Origin: Acidimicrobiia bacterium | GTDB lineage: Bacteria; Actinomycetota; Acidimicrobiia; Spongiisociales; JAHEDJ01 | Direction of reading: 5' to 3' | Assembly: GCA_029210695.1 (NCBI GenBank) | Contig: JARGFH010000020.1 | Location: 1 to 61,365, forward strand | DNA length: 61,365 nt | Shown here: piece by piece, positions 29,621 to 38,948 of the stretch | How the letters are laid out: each line of letters begins with the position of its first letter | How positions within the stretch are numbered: the first letter of the stretch is position 1 | Notes under the pieces: model-generated | Database searches by the model: none | Told to the model about the DNA's origin: nothing | What the model saw: only the letters and a program-made list of their open reading frames with translations | Program-made: the position numbers and the translations under genes

Positions 29621-29733
29621 CGAACCGCGTTGCCCTTCGAACCGCCCGTCAGGGCTATGTCGGATGGCGATCGGGCCTGCCGAACCTCATAACCTAGAAC
29701 CCAGAACTGGCTCCAGGTACTAGGTACTTGGTG

Positions 29734-30756
29734 TCAATCGGCCAGCTTGAAGCCCTCTGCGGACAGAGCATCGCTCAGAGCTTCCGCTTCGCCGGGGCGA
29801 ACAGAAAGCGTCAAGACACCTCCACCGCCTTGCGGTCCGTGGCGAAGTTGGAGGTCACGCACATCAACGGAGCTGAGGGCGAGGGCGCGACCGACCGCGG
29901 CGAGTTCGCCGGGATGGTCTTCGAGAATCACCCGGACCGCCATGACCGGCGGAGCAAGTGTCCGGCGCAAGTCCCTCGCTCGCTCGAGGAATTGCATGAC
30001 GCTCGACTCCGACTCCACATCGTCTGCGATGCCGTCGAGGCGGTGCGCAAAGCTCCGGAGTTCGGAAACCACCGCCGATCGGTTCTCTCCCAGCAACTCC
30101 GACCACAGCGCCGGATCTGACAATGCCACCCGAGTCAAGTCGCGGAAGCTACCGGCGGCCAGGGGAAGAGCCTCGGTATGGCGCTCGGCCTCGCCGAGCA
30201 AGGTGGCGGCTAGAACCTGCGGGAGGTGACTGACGATCGCCACGGCCAGATCGTGATCGGCGGCAGACATGCGAACCGGATTTGCGCCCAACGACACAAT
30301 GAGATCCTCCACCCGGCTGAGATCGTCGGAGCCGGCACCGTCCTCGACGACGACCCAGCTTGCCCCACGAAACAAGGCACCCGAAGCGGCACCCGGACCC
30401 GACTGTTCGCGACCGGCCATCGGGTGGGTACCGACGAAATGATCGAGATGGTTCGCCACCCGGCAGATCGGGTCCTTCACGCCGGCAACGTCGATCACGA
30501 GCGCATCTGTGGAGAGGTCGCCGATAGTGGTAATGACGGCGCGAGGTGGACCGGCCAGCACGATCAAGCCAGCACCCTGGATCGCAGCAACCATCGATCG
30601 GGCGGAGGCATCGAGCGCACCTACCTCGAGTGCGGTGGTGAGCGCTGAGTCGTCCGGGTCCCAACCCGTCACCTTCCATCCGATTTGCCGCAGCGCCAGG
30701 CCGATTGAAGCACCGATCAAACCCGTTCCGACCACGGCCGCCGATCGAACCGTCAC
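29734..30756 (-). CDS. tyrA: Prephenate dehydrogenase with C-terminal ACT domain
   Basis: GTGLIGAS, DVAGVK, HPMAGRE, HDLAVAIVSHLPQ, FRDLTRVA, DHPGELA; GTGA overlap with aroF. Confidence 0.93.
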   Translation of the reverse strand: MTVRSAAVVGTGLIGASIGLALRQIGWKVTGWDPDDSALTTALEVGALDASARSMVAAIQGAGLIVLAGPPRAVITTIGDLSTDALVIDVAGVKDPICRVANHLDHFVGTHPMAGREQSGPGAASGALFRGASWVVVEDGAGSDDLSRVEDLIVSLGANPVRMSAADHDLAVAIVSHLPQVLAATLLGEAERHTEALPLAAGSFRDLTRVALSDPALWSELLGENRSAVVSELRSFAHRLDGIADDVESESSVMQFLERARDLRRTLAPPVMAVRVILEDHPGELAAVGRALALSSVDVRDLQLRHGPQGGGGVLTLSVRPGEAEALSDALSAEGFKLAD

Positions 30757-31775
30757 CCCTGGAGACCGACCGCCGCAACCAGCTTGCGGATCGACACCAT
30801 CAACTCGGCGAACTCTTCGGGCAGCAGGGCCTGGGCTCCATCGACTTTGGCGAGTTCTGGATCGGGATGAACATCGACCATGAACCCGTCGGCGCCGGCC
30901 GCCACCGCCACCTTCGAGAGTGGAGCGACGAGATAGCGATGACCGGCTGCGTGGGACGGATCGACGATCACAGGGAGATGAGAAAGACTCTTCAGAATCG
31001 GCACCGCCGTGATGTCCAGGGTGTTGCGCGCCGCGGTCTCGAAGGTCCGAATGCCGCGCTCGACCATGATGATCTCGTGGTTGCCCTCCTTGTAGATGTA
31101 CTCGGCGGCGTTCAACCATTCCTCGATCGTGGCGGTGAACCCTCGTTTGAGCATCACCGGCCTGGCTTGCCGTCCCACCTCGGTGAGCAGCGTGTAGTTG
31201 GCCATGTTGCGGGTCCCAACCCGGAGGATGTCGGCATATGAGGACAACAGCTCGATGTCGCGCGGGTCGAGTATTTCTGCCACGAACGGCATGTCGAATT
31301 CTTCACGGGCTTCGGCCAGCATCTCGAGTCCGGCTTCGCCGAGGCCCTGAAACGAGTACGGCGAAGTGCGGGGTTTGAACGCATCGCCGCGCAGGACCGT
31401 CGCCCCTGCCTTCTTCACAGCCTCGGCGGCCCTGAACAGGAGGTCGCGGCTCTCAACCGCACACGGGCCTGCAATCGCAGTGAAGGTCCCGCCACCGATT
31501 GCGACGCCGCGCACATCGATCACCGTGTCTTCCTCCTGGAAATCCCGGCTCACGAATTTGAAAGGTTTGAGAACGGGGACGGCTCGCTCGACACCGGACA
31601 TCGCTTCCCAGGGGAGCTGCTGGATGAGGACGCGATCGCCGAGTGCTCCGATGACAGTCCTCAGTCGACCCTCAGAGATGTGGGCCTGCGAGTCGATGCT
31701 CTCCAAACGCTCGACGACGTGGGCGATGTCGGCAGGGGTCGCGTCTTTCTTCATGACGATGATCATGGCGCTCAT
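30753..31775 (-). CDS. aroF: DAHP synthase class I-beta with N-terminal regulatory domain
   Basis: IAGPCAVES, FKPRTSPYSFQG, ERGIRTFE, DPSH; start may be 31766. Confidence 0.95.
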   Translation of the reverse strand: MSAMIIVMKKDATPADIAHVVERLESIDSQAHISEGRLRTVIGALGDRVLIQQLPWEAMSGVERAVPVLKPFKFVSRDFQEEDTVIDVRGVAIGGGTFTAIAGPCAVESRDLLFRAAEAVKKAGATVLRGDAFKPRTSPYSFQGLGEAGLEMLAEAREEFDMPFVAEILDPRDIELLSSYADILRVGTRNMANYTLLTEVGRQARPVMLKRGFTATIEEWLNAAEYIYKEGNHEIIMVERGIRTFETAARNTLDITAVPILKSLSHLPVIVDPSHAAGHRYLVAPLSKVAVAAGADGFMVDVHPDPELAKVDGAQALLPEEFAELMVSIRKLVAAVGLQG

Positions 31776-32056
31776 TGTCGCAGCGTTTCATCACCTGCGG
31801 GATCGCCGAACCCGCCGTCGGCCAGTGCCAGGGTCCGGATGGTCGCTCGATCCGGCAGCGCCGCCCGGAGCCCCTCAGCCACTTCATCGACAACGCCTGG
31901 ATCCCACAGGCTGAACAACACAGCACCGGTTTCATCGCCACCGAACAGTGCCATCCGGCACTGGGGGTCTTCAATGAATTCGTCGGTCAACTCCTGCAGC
32001 CAATCGGCCGGTAGGTCGGGAGGTGACTCGAGTAAGAGCGCTCGCATCTGCGGCAT
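31772..32056 (-). CDS. Hypothetical protein
   Basis: 94-aa ORF with ATGA overlap into aroF. Confidence 0.6.
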   Translation of the reverse strand: MPQMRALLLESPPDLPADWLQELTDEFIEDPQCRMALFGGDETGAVLFSLWDPGVVDEVAEGLRAALPDRATIRTLALADGGFGDPAGDETLRQ

Positions 32057-32103
32057 GGTAACGACCGAATGAACACGTCGTCCGGACACGTACACTTCAG
32101 CGC

Positions 32104-33051
32104 ATGAGGCGGATCATGGTAACGGGAGCGGCGACGTGGACGGGCGGCCGCCTCATTCAAAGGCTCGAGGGGCAACCCGATGTCGAGGTCATCGCAGTTG
32201 ACGAGTTGCGTCCGAGCGTCGAGTTCGACTCGCCGATGCACGAGCTGGCCATCGACGAACTCGAGTTCGCTCACTTCTTCCTGGACGCCCGGCCACAGGC
32301 GTTGGTTCATCTGCAAGCAGTCGATAGGGCGGCGATCCTCGGGCGAGAGAAATCGCACAGCCGCGTGGTCATGGGCGCACATGGATTGTTCGGCGCCCTG
32401 CAGCGATGCACAACCGTCGAGACGGTCGTCATGAAGTCTGACTCCGCGTTCTACGGATCGGGGCCAAGGCAACCGTCCATCGTGACCGAGTCAACCGAGC
32501 CGAGACGCACGGCCAGCGCCCACACCAGAAGCATCCGTGATATCGAGGAGCTCCTCGCCGAGGTCGCCGGCGACCTTCCCGATGTGACATTCACGACGCT
32601 GCGCTTCGCCCCCATCCTCGGAGCGGAGATCGGGAATCCGATCAGTCGATACCTCCAACTGCCAGTAGTACCAACCCTCCTGGGGTATGACCCGCGGATG
32701 CAGGTCATCTTCGAAGAGGACGCAGTCTCGGCCATCCTGCATGCGGTGGCCCGGCCGGTTCCCGGGACCTTCAATATCGCCGCGGATGGTCAGCTCTATC
32801 TCAGCCGCATCCTCAGGTTGGGCCGTCGTATCGCCCAACCGCTCCCCGCACCGCAGCATCGGGCAGCTATGCGGGCGCTCCGCGCACTCGGCAATCCATT
32901 CCCCGGCAACCTCGAGGATTACCTTCGAAACGGCCGCGTCATGGACACGACACTGATGAAAGATTCGTTCGGGTGGAGGCCAAAGCTCACCGCTCGGCAA
33001 GCCGTCCTGGCGGGCTATGGACGCGTCCGCAGTCCCGGGACATCGTCGTGA
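32104..33051 (+). CDS. NAD-dependent epimerase/dehydratase (Rv0501/GalE2-like)
   Basis: MVTGAATWTG Rossmann start, LRFAPILG, VPTLLGYDPRMQ; paired with an acyltransferase. Confidence 0.85.
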   Translation: MRRIMVTGAATWTGGRLIQRLEGQPDVEVIAVDELRPSVEFDSPMHELAIDELEFAHFFLDARPQALVHLQAVDRAAILGREKSHSRVVMGAHGLFGALQRCTTVETVVMKSDSAFYGSGPRQPSIVTESTEPRRTASAHTRSIRDIEELLAEVAGDLPDVTFTTLRFAPILGAEIGNPISRYLQLPVVPTLLGYDPRMQVIFEEDAVSAILHAVARPVPGTFNIAADGQLYLSRILRLGRRIAQPLPAPQHRAAMRALRALGNPFPGNLEDYLRNGRVMDTTLMKDSFGWRPKLTARQAVLAGYGRVRSPGTSS

Positions 33052-34247
33052 GCGACTCAATCTCCGGTCTGCTCGGACGTTTGAGCCGCGACGAACTCAG
33101 AGCATTCGCCCGCGCCGCAGAGATCCGCGGGCGCTCGACGATGACGAAAGAACAGCTGATTGCTGCGCTCCAACCGGTACTGCAGCCCCCGCCCAAGCAG
33201 TCAGAGACTGTGCGGGCATCGATGCCGTCACTCCCGGACCTGTCCGATGCACGCCGCCGACGGATTTCCGCCGGCCATCGATTCGAATGGATGGTCGACC
33301 CGCGCAGATCGTGCACGCTCCGGACTATCGAGGGTTTCTCCTGTGGCCTCCCGGCCATTGCCGAACAGGAACGTTGTGCACTCCATGGGGGCGTGGACAT
33401 ATCCGACCTGGCGGTGCCGGCCGCCGGCCATCTCGGGGCAGATACCTGGCCCGCCCTGATCCGCCATCTCCTACTTGCTTCATACGACAACGATGCCCTC
33501 GGGCTCGACCCCGTCGTCTCCGAGATGATCTGGCACATCGCCAATTTCCTCTACTTCGAATACTTCAGGGTGGAAGTCGAAGGAATCGAGAACGTGCCGA
33601 CCAAGGGAGCAGGAGTCCTGGTCAGCAACCACGCCGGCGCCTTCATCCCCTACGACGGGATGATGCTGCAACTCGCCGTCGTCAACGAGGCCGCGCTCCC
33701 CAGGCGGGTACGCGTGGTCGGGACCGAGATCCTCAACCTCGTTCCGTTCCTTTCACACCTCTACCGAAAGGCAGGGGCGGCCTTTGCCAGTAAAGAGGAC
33801 GCCCGCTGGGTACTCAACCACGGCTATCTGCTCGGTGCCTTTCCTGAGGGAGTTCCGGCCTTCCAGAAACCGCACGCCGAGGCATACCAGCTCCGCAGGT
33901 TCGGCCGGGGAGGGTTCGCCGCGCTGGCTATCGAAGCTGGAGCTCCGATCATCCCGGTCGCCATCGTCGGATCTGAAGATGTCCACCCCGCACTCTTCAG
34001 CTCTCGCCGCCTGGCTCAGTTGTTCAAGTTGTTCTTCCCACAGCAGCGGGTAGAGGAGATCGGTGTATTTCTCAACCCGATTCCTCTGCCGGTCAAGTGG
34101 CGGATCAGGTTCCTCGAGCCCATCGAGATGCCCGACCCCGGCGCCCCGACCGATCGGCTCACCGTTCTCGAGATAGCCGAGCAGACTCGTGAGGTCATTC
34201 AGCGTGCGCTCGATGACATGCTGGAGGACCGCGGTTCGGTCTTCTGA
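33048..34247 (+). CDS. Lysophospholipid acyltransferase (Rv0502-like) with N-terminal Rho_N-like and CCCH modules
   Basis: YFRVEVEGIENVP, SNHAG...YDG, FPEG, RFGRGGF, PIIPVAIVG; GTGA overlap. Confidence 0.88.
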   Translation: MSDSISGLLGRLSRDELRAFARAAEIRGRSTMTKEQLIAALQPVLQPPPKQSETVRASMPSLPDLSDARRRRISAGHRFEWMVDPRRSCTLRTIEGFSCGLPAIAEQERCALHGGVDISDLAVPAAGHLGADTWPALIRHLLLASYDNDALGLDPVVSEMIWHIANFLYFEYFRVEVEGIENVPTKGAGVLVSNHAGAFIPYDGMMLQLAVVNEAALPRRVRVVGTEILNLVPFLSHLYRKAGAAFASKEDARWVLNHGYLLGAFPEGVPAFQKPHAEAYQLRRFGRGGFAALAIEAGAPIIPVAIVGSEDVHPALFSSRRLAQLFKLFFPQQRVEEIGVFLNPIPLPVKWRIRFLEPIEMPDPGAPTDRLTVLEIAEQTREVIQRALDDMLEDRGSVF

Positions 34248-34299
34248 ACCGCTTCGGATGCAATTCACGGCCGGGTAGGGTCTCGTCGAACCTGGGCGC

Positions 34300-34333
34300 T
34301 TGCAATAGTTAGCGGTCTGCGTTATATTGCTAA
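34300..34333 (+). promoter_or_regulatory. Housekeeping-sigma promoter for a leaderless XRE regulator, overlapped by inverted repeats
   Basis: TTGCAA (34300-05), 17 bp, TATATT (34323-28), GTG at 34335; GCAATA...TATTGC and TTAGC...GCTAA inverted repeats. Confidence 0.6.
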
Positions 34334-34334
34334 T

Positions 34335-34718
34335 GTGAGTGAGAAACAGGAAGAGAACTCGGGCATAGGCGAGCTCGGGGCGTTCATCCGCCAGCAACGT
34401 GAACGTTCCAAGATGTCACTTCGAAGACTGGCCGACCGGGCGGGGATTTCGAATCCCTACCTCAGTCAGATCGAACGAGGACTACGGAAACCTTCCGCCG
34501 AAATCCTGAAGTCGCTCGCACGGGAGTTGTCGATCCAGGCGGAATCGATGTACGTGAGGGCAGGATTGCTCGACGAAGGCTTCGCACCCCCGACGGTTGT
34601 CGAGGCGGTCGAGGCAGACCCGACGTTGAGCATCCGCCACAAACAAGTATTGCTCGACCTCTACCGGACTCTCATCGAGGCCGGTGGGATCGAGCCGGAC
34701 AATAAGGAGACACCATGA
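34335..34718 (+). CDS. XRE-family HTH regulator (Rv0474/MLDSR-like)
   Basis: LGAFIRQQR...SLRRLADRAGISNPYLSQIERGLRKPSAEIL...YVRAGLL...KQVLLDLY. Confidence 0.9.
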   Translation: MSEKQEENSGIGELGAFIRQQRERSKMSLRRLADRAGISNPYLSQIERGLRKPSAEILKSLARELSIQAESMYVRAGLLDEGFAPPTVVEAVEADPTLSIRHKQVLLDLYRTLIEAGGIEPDNKETP

Positions 34719-35281
34719 TCGAAACGAAGAAGGCGTTCTACGCCGCCGTCGGCGCCCCGCTGGTCGGTTTGAAGCGGACCGGTGATGCACTTAAGGATCT
34801 CTCGGACAAGCTGACCGAACGGTTTGGCGACGTCAGCGAGAAGCTCACCGATGATGCTCGCAAGGAGTTCGACCTCTGGGCCGACGAAGGAGAGAAGCTC
34901 ATCGGCAAGATCTCCGAGCAGAAGGTCGTTGAAGACCTGAGTGCCCGGGTCGATCTCGACGAGATCCAGGAGCGCGTCGGCAAGCTGCGGGACCAACTCG
35001 AGGACATCCTCACCTCCTGGCGCGAGTCGTTCTCACCCGGTGAGACGATCGAGAAGCCGGTGATCGAGGTCGAGAAGAAGCCGGCCGCCAAGACCGCCGC
35101 CGCGCGCAAGCCGGCTGCCAAGACGGCTCCCGCCAGGAAGCCTGCTGCCAAGAAGGCTCCAGCCACGAAACCTGCCGCCAAGAAGCCGGCAGCTGCGGCC
35201 AAGAAGCCGACCGTCAAGGCAACTGCAGCCAAGAAGCCCGTCGCCAAGAAGCCGGCTGCCAAGGCAACTGCAGCCAAGTAG
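34715..35281 (+). CDS. HBHA/TadA/MLDS-like protein with Lys-Ala-Pro-rich C-terminal repeats
   Basis: FYAAVGA N-terminus, amphipathic coiled coil, KKPAAK repeats; ATGA-coupled to the Rv0474-like regulator. Confidence 0.7.
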   Translation: MIETKKAFYAAVGAPLVGLKRTGDALKDLSDKLTERFGDVSEKLTDDARKEFDLWADEGEKLIGKISEQKVVEDLSARVDLDEIQERVGKLRDQLEDILTSWRESFSPGETIEKPVIEVEKKPAAKTAAARKPAAKTAPARKPAAKKAPATKPAAKKPAAAAKKPTVKATAAKKPVAKKPAAKATAAK

Positions 35282-35303
35282 CAGACCATCTCGGCTTGAA
35301 CAT

Positions 35304-35332
35304 AGTTGAGGGCCCCTCAGGGGCCCTCAACT
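35304..35332. terminator. Hairpin terminator between convergent genes
   Basis: Perfect 13-bp stem agttgagggcccc-tca-ggggccctcaact. Confidence 0.75.
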
Positions 35333-35382
35333 CGTTTGGGCGCCGATGGCCGGTCCGGTTTCAGACGGCCGGGGGCCCGATT

Positions 35383-35787
35383 TCAATGCTTGACCAGCGG
35401 ATCGAGGTCTTTGGCGAACTCGATCCAGCGTGACACCATCGATTCGGTGGGCAGCCGCCGAACGAGCTTCTTCTTCTCGTTGATCTCGACCATCTTGTTC
35501 GTGAGAGAGGCTGCATTTCGGCGGCGAAGTTCCTTGATGGTGTCGACACCGGCAGCCTCGAGCAGATCGGAGTACTCGCCTCCGATCCCTTTACATCGCA
35601 TCAAGTCGGCGCGGTTGATCCATTCGAGGATCTGCTTCTCGGAAAAACCGGTGGCGGCAGCCAATGCCTTGCGCCCGTTGCGATCTGCAGCTCGCTTCAT
35701 GAGCGCTTCGGTTGTTCTTATCCCGTTCTTCCTCAGCTTCGTAGCAGTGCGCTGAGCGATCCCCTCAACGGCGTCGATTGACGGCAC
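35383..35787 (-). CDS. DUF4332 domain (HhH) protein
   Basis: VEGIA...LEWINRADLMRCKGIGGEYSDLLEAAGVDTIKELRRRNA...VRRLP. Confidence 0.88.
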   Translation of the reverse strand: MPSIDAVEGIAQRTATKLRKNGIRTTEALMKRAADRNGRKALAAATGFSEKQILEWINRADLMRCKGIGGEYSDLLEAAGVDTIKELRRRNAASLTNKMVEINEKKKLVRRLPTESMVSRWIEFAKDLDPLVKH

Positions 35788-35885
35788 TCCCGCTCCTCTC
35801 CCGATATCTCATCGAGTCAGCTCCCCGCCGCAGCGGGGGTTACTCTCGTCGGCCAGCCTACCGAGTTCGCCTGCCACCTTGCTCG

Positions 35886-36476
35886 TCACTTGCGTGGTTG
35901 GAGCTCAGCAACGTCGTCCTGGGTGTCGACGTCGCGGGGCGGCATGTGCTCGACCCAGACCTCGCGCACCCATTCCGGGTGGGCCTGCAGGAGCCGTTGA
36001 GCTCCGGTGTCGCCTTCGAGGCTCATCAGGCGGGTCCACAGTGAGCGGTCGACGATGACCGGGTTCGACCACGTGTACCGGTACCTGGGAACAATGGCCG
36101 GCCGTTTCTCTCGTTTGAGCACGGTGAGCATCTCTGCGACAACGTCTGCGCGAATCTCGGGCTGGTCGCCCATCGCAATCAAGACCTTGTCGGCTCGCGA
36201 ATCCCTCAACAGGGAGTCCAGACCCACCCGAAGCGACGAGGCCATGCCTTCCTCGTACTCCTCGTTGATCACCACAGCCGAATCGCCAAAGTCGACACCA
36301 TCGAGCACCGCCTCGGCTTCGTGACCGATCACAACCCAGATCTCATCGAATCCAAACGATCGCGTGCGCTCAATGACGTGTCCGAGCAACGTTCCTTCGC
36401 CCCATGGAAGCAATTGCTTGGACGACCCCAGACGGGTGGAAGAGCCTGCAGCGAGAATGAGCGCGGCGACCGACAT
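35886..36476 (-). CDS. mocA: Molybdenum cofactor cytidylyltransferase (MocA/YgfJ-like NTP transferase)
   Basis: ILAAGSSTRLGSSKQLL, GMASSL, GDQP, GDTGA, DVDT; adjacent to xdhC. Confidence 0.8.
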   Translation of the reverse strand: MSVAALILAAGSSTRLGSSKQLLPWGEGTLLGHVIERTRSFGFDEIWVVIGHEAEAVLDGVDFGDSAVVINEEYEEGMASSLRVGLDSLLRDSRADKVLIAMGDQPEIRADVVAEMLTVLKREKRPAIVPRYRYTWSNPVIVDRSLWTRLMSLEGDTGAQRLLQAHPEWVREVWVEHMPPRDVDTQDDVAELQPRK

Positions 36477-36531
36477 CGAATCCTTCAGGTGTGACGAGGC
36501 ACCACTATACGGCCGGCGCAACCACCCGGAA

Positions 36532-37584
36532 TCAGCCGGCTGATGGCAGGCTCGACGATCCGGCCGTGCCGGTGGCGTGCCGGACGAGGACCATTTCAGC
36601 CAGAATCTCCACAGCCGTTTCTCGTGCGCCGTTGGCCCCGAGATCGAGTCCGATTGGCCCGTGGATTCTTGCCAGCGTTGCAGGCGGGATTCCCTCACCG
36701 GCCAGGCGTTCCAGTCGCTTGGCGTGGGTCTTGCGGCTTCCCATCGCGCCCAGATATCGAACCCCCCGGGCGAGTGCAGCCCGGACCACAGGATCCTCGT
36801 ATTTGGGATCGTGCGACAGCACCACCACGAACGTACGGTCATCAAAGGCCAGTTGATCAACGGCTTCCTCGGGCCAGGCGGTGATGATTTGCCCGGCGTC
36901 GGGGAACCGATCTGGAGTCGTGAACGCCGAACGCGGGTCACACACAATCACTGAGAAACCGACGCGGGCTGCCAGCGCACTCAGAGCCTGGCCGATTTCG
37001 ACTGCACCGAAGATCACCAACCTCGGCGGTGGAGCAACGGGTTCGACGAACACTTCACTCCCGGCCACCGACGTGATCGTGGGATGCTCGGTGTCCATCA
37101 CGATCCGGACCGCGGGCAGGATCGCCTCCACAACTTCCGCGGGGAGGTCCGCTGCGATCAGGCCGAGTTCGTGGTCAAAAACACCCCGTGTTCCTGCACC
37201 GGGCCCGTCGACGACGGAGGCGAGCGCCCCGGACCGCTGAGAAGCAACAAATCGCCCGACCTCGTCGATTCGAAACCGCTCGATGAACACATCGATAACG
37301 CCGCCACAGGACAACCCGACCTCGAACGCAGCCTCATCCGATATGCCGTAGCCGACGAGCTTGCTTTGGCCGCTCTCGAGCACTTGCTCGGCATGTAGGA
37401 ACACGTCGTTCTCGACGCACCCTCCCGAGACGGAGCCTTCCATGTCCCCGGCGGACGACACCAGGAATCTGCTGCCGAGCGGACGGGGCGCCGGACCCTG
37501 AACGCGAACGAGAGTGGCGGCCGCCACGGCCTTCCCTTCGGATTCCCACCGCCGGGCCACCTCGAGGCTCCGTGCGAGGTTCAC
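36532..37584 (-). CDS. xdhC: XdhC/CoxI family molybdoenzyme maturation factor
   Basis: APRPLGS, GSVSGGCVE, VGLSCGG, LSHDPKYE, YLGAMGSRKT, PIGLDLG. Confidence 0.9.
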   Translation of the reverse strand: MNLARSLEVARRWESEGKAVAAATLVRVQGPAPRPLGSRFLVSSAGDMEGSVSGGCVENDVFLHAEQVLESGQSKLVGYGISDEAAFEVGLSCGGVIDVFIERFRIDEVGRFVASQRSGALASVVDGPGAGTRGVFDHELGLIAADLPAEVVEAILPAVRIVMDTEHPTITSVAGSEVFVEPVAPPPRLVIFGAVEIGQALSALAARVGFSVIVCDPRSAFTTPDRFPDAGQIITAWPEEAVDQLAFDDRTFVVVLSHDPKYEDPVVRAALARGVRYLGAMGSRKTHAKRLERLAGEGIPPATLARIHGPIGLDLGANGARETAVEILAEMVLVRHATGTAGSSSLPSAG

Positions 37585-37589
37585 CCGGA

Positions 37590-38795
37590 TCAGTCCTCGA
37601 GGAGATGATCGGGGACGTGGTTCCACTCGAAGTGACCGCCGTCCGTGTAGGTCCAGCCGCCACCCCAGGCAAATCCCCACTTCTGAAAGATGGCGGCGAT
37701 ATCAGGATCCATGCCGATCCGGCCCCCATAGGGGTTGTCGTTCGGATTGATGTCGATGGCTATGCCCCACGTGTGGCGGGAGACCGCGCCCCCCTTGTCC
37801 CCCCCACGGATCAAGCGCGGGTTGTAGCAGCCGCCGGCGATCTGGAAGTCCTGCCGGTCGATGTGTGCCCATAGGCCCTCATTGATGAGTTCATCGATAG
37901 CGGAGCGCAGATAAGGGACGACGACGCGATGGCAGCGAAAGGGTCCGAGTAGTGGGAGGGTGACGTTGACGATGTTCGCGTCTTTCCATGCCTGCTCGAT
38001 CACGACCCGGTCGCCGTCACCGGTGGGCCGGTAGGAGAACTCACCGAACTTCTCTTTCACGAGCACCGTCGGCATGACCCCATCCGGATCGGCCGGATCG
38101 TCACCACTCGAAATCCTCAGTCTGATGTCGGGAAGGCGTGTCCAGAGATCGATCACGATTTCGTCCTGAGCTCGAAATCCCCATACAGCCATCGACGACT
38201 TGCGCTCGAATCCAAAGGACGCCGCGATGGCTTCTGAGAAGACGAGTTCGCTCCACCAGATGGACTCATCCGGGGCGATGGCGCCCACGACCAACCGCTG
38301 TCTCGAGCCGTCCCATCCGACGAATTCGACATCGTCGCCGACCTGCGCGCCGCGCAGATTCGCAGACGTCTCACCAAATACGACCGTGCCCGCCCGCAGC
38401 GCGGCGGCGACGTCCCCGCCGATCAGCGGCGCGGACCGGCCCGGGTCGATCGCCAGCGAAGACATGGGGATGAAGTAGCCGGGCTCGGGCTCCTGTACGA
38501 CGAATCCGGATCGATAGACGCCGGTGAGCTGAATCGTCCCACGATGGAGCGCAACCGATCGGGCACCGTGCTCTGCCGCCACGCCGACGACCGCCAGTTC
38601 GGCTTCTGTTGAGAGTCCGCCCGGCTCGTAGACGCCGATCACCGCGGATCCCGGGGTCCCGCTGGCGGCGACCGCGGGAGTCAGAGGGAGGCCGAGAACC
38701 ATCGTCAGCACCATCGCAACGACAAACTTCGCACGTGAGTAGACGCCCACCGGATGGGCGAAGACAATCGCCCCGGCTGAAGTCCCGAGTTTCAC
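37590..38795 (-). CDS. M15 family metallopeptidase (D-Ala-D-Ala carboxypeptidase-like), exported
   Basis: C-terminal SRHTWGIAIDIN...GFAWGGGW..DGGHFE; signal-like segment; TACGCT 6 nt before GTG 38795, start uncertain. Confidence 0.8.
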   Translation of the reverse strand: MKLGTSAGAIVFAHPVGVYSRAKFVVAMVLTMVLGLPLTPAVAASGTPGSAVIGVYEPGGLSTEAELAVVGVAAEHGARSVALHRGTIQLTGVYRSGFVVQEPEPGYFIPMSSLAIDPGRSAPLIGGDVAAALRAGTVVFGETSANLRGAQVGDDVEFVGWDGSRQRLVVGAIAPDESIWWSELVFSEAIAASFGFERKSSMAVWGFRAQDEIVIDLWTRLPDIRLRISSGDDPADPDGVMPTVLVKEKFGEFSYRPTGDGDRVVIEQAWKDANIVNVTLPLLGPFRCHRVVVPYLRSAIDELINEGLWAHIDRQDFQIAGGCYNPRLIRGGDKGGAVSRHTWGIAIDINPNDNPYGGRIGMDPDIAAIFQKWGFAWGGGWTYTDGGHFEWNHVPDHLLED

Positions 38796-38840
38796 AGTGC
38801 CAGCGTACCCTCCACTCGGTCGCCAACAGCAGTTTTCTCG

Positions 38841-38944
38841 GCAATACAAGAGCGCGAAAACGCACCACAGCATTGCGCAGAAAAGGTCAAGGAGATTCCC
38901 AGCAATACAAGAGCGCGAAAACGCACTACAGCATTGCGGAGAAA
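38841..38944. repeat. Two 43-bp direct copies of an imperfect palindromic (REP-like) element
   Basis: gcaatacaagagcgcgaaaacgcac(c/t)acagcattgcg(c/g)agaaa at 38841-38883 and 38902-38944. Confidence 0.8.
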
Positions 38945-38948
38945 GTGT

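Noticed and set aside
38841..38944. 43-bp direct repeats as a mini-CRISPR
   Set aside because: Only two copies, 18-nt spacer, no cas genes; better explained as REP-like
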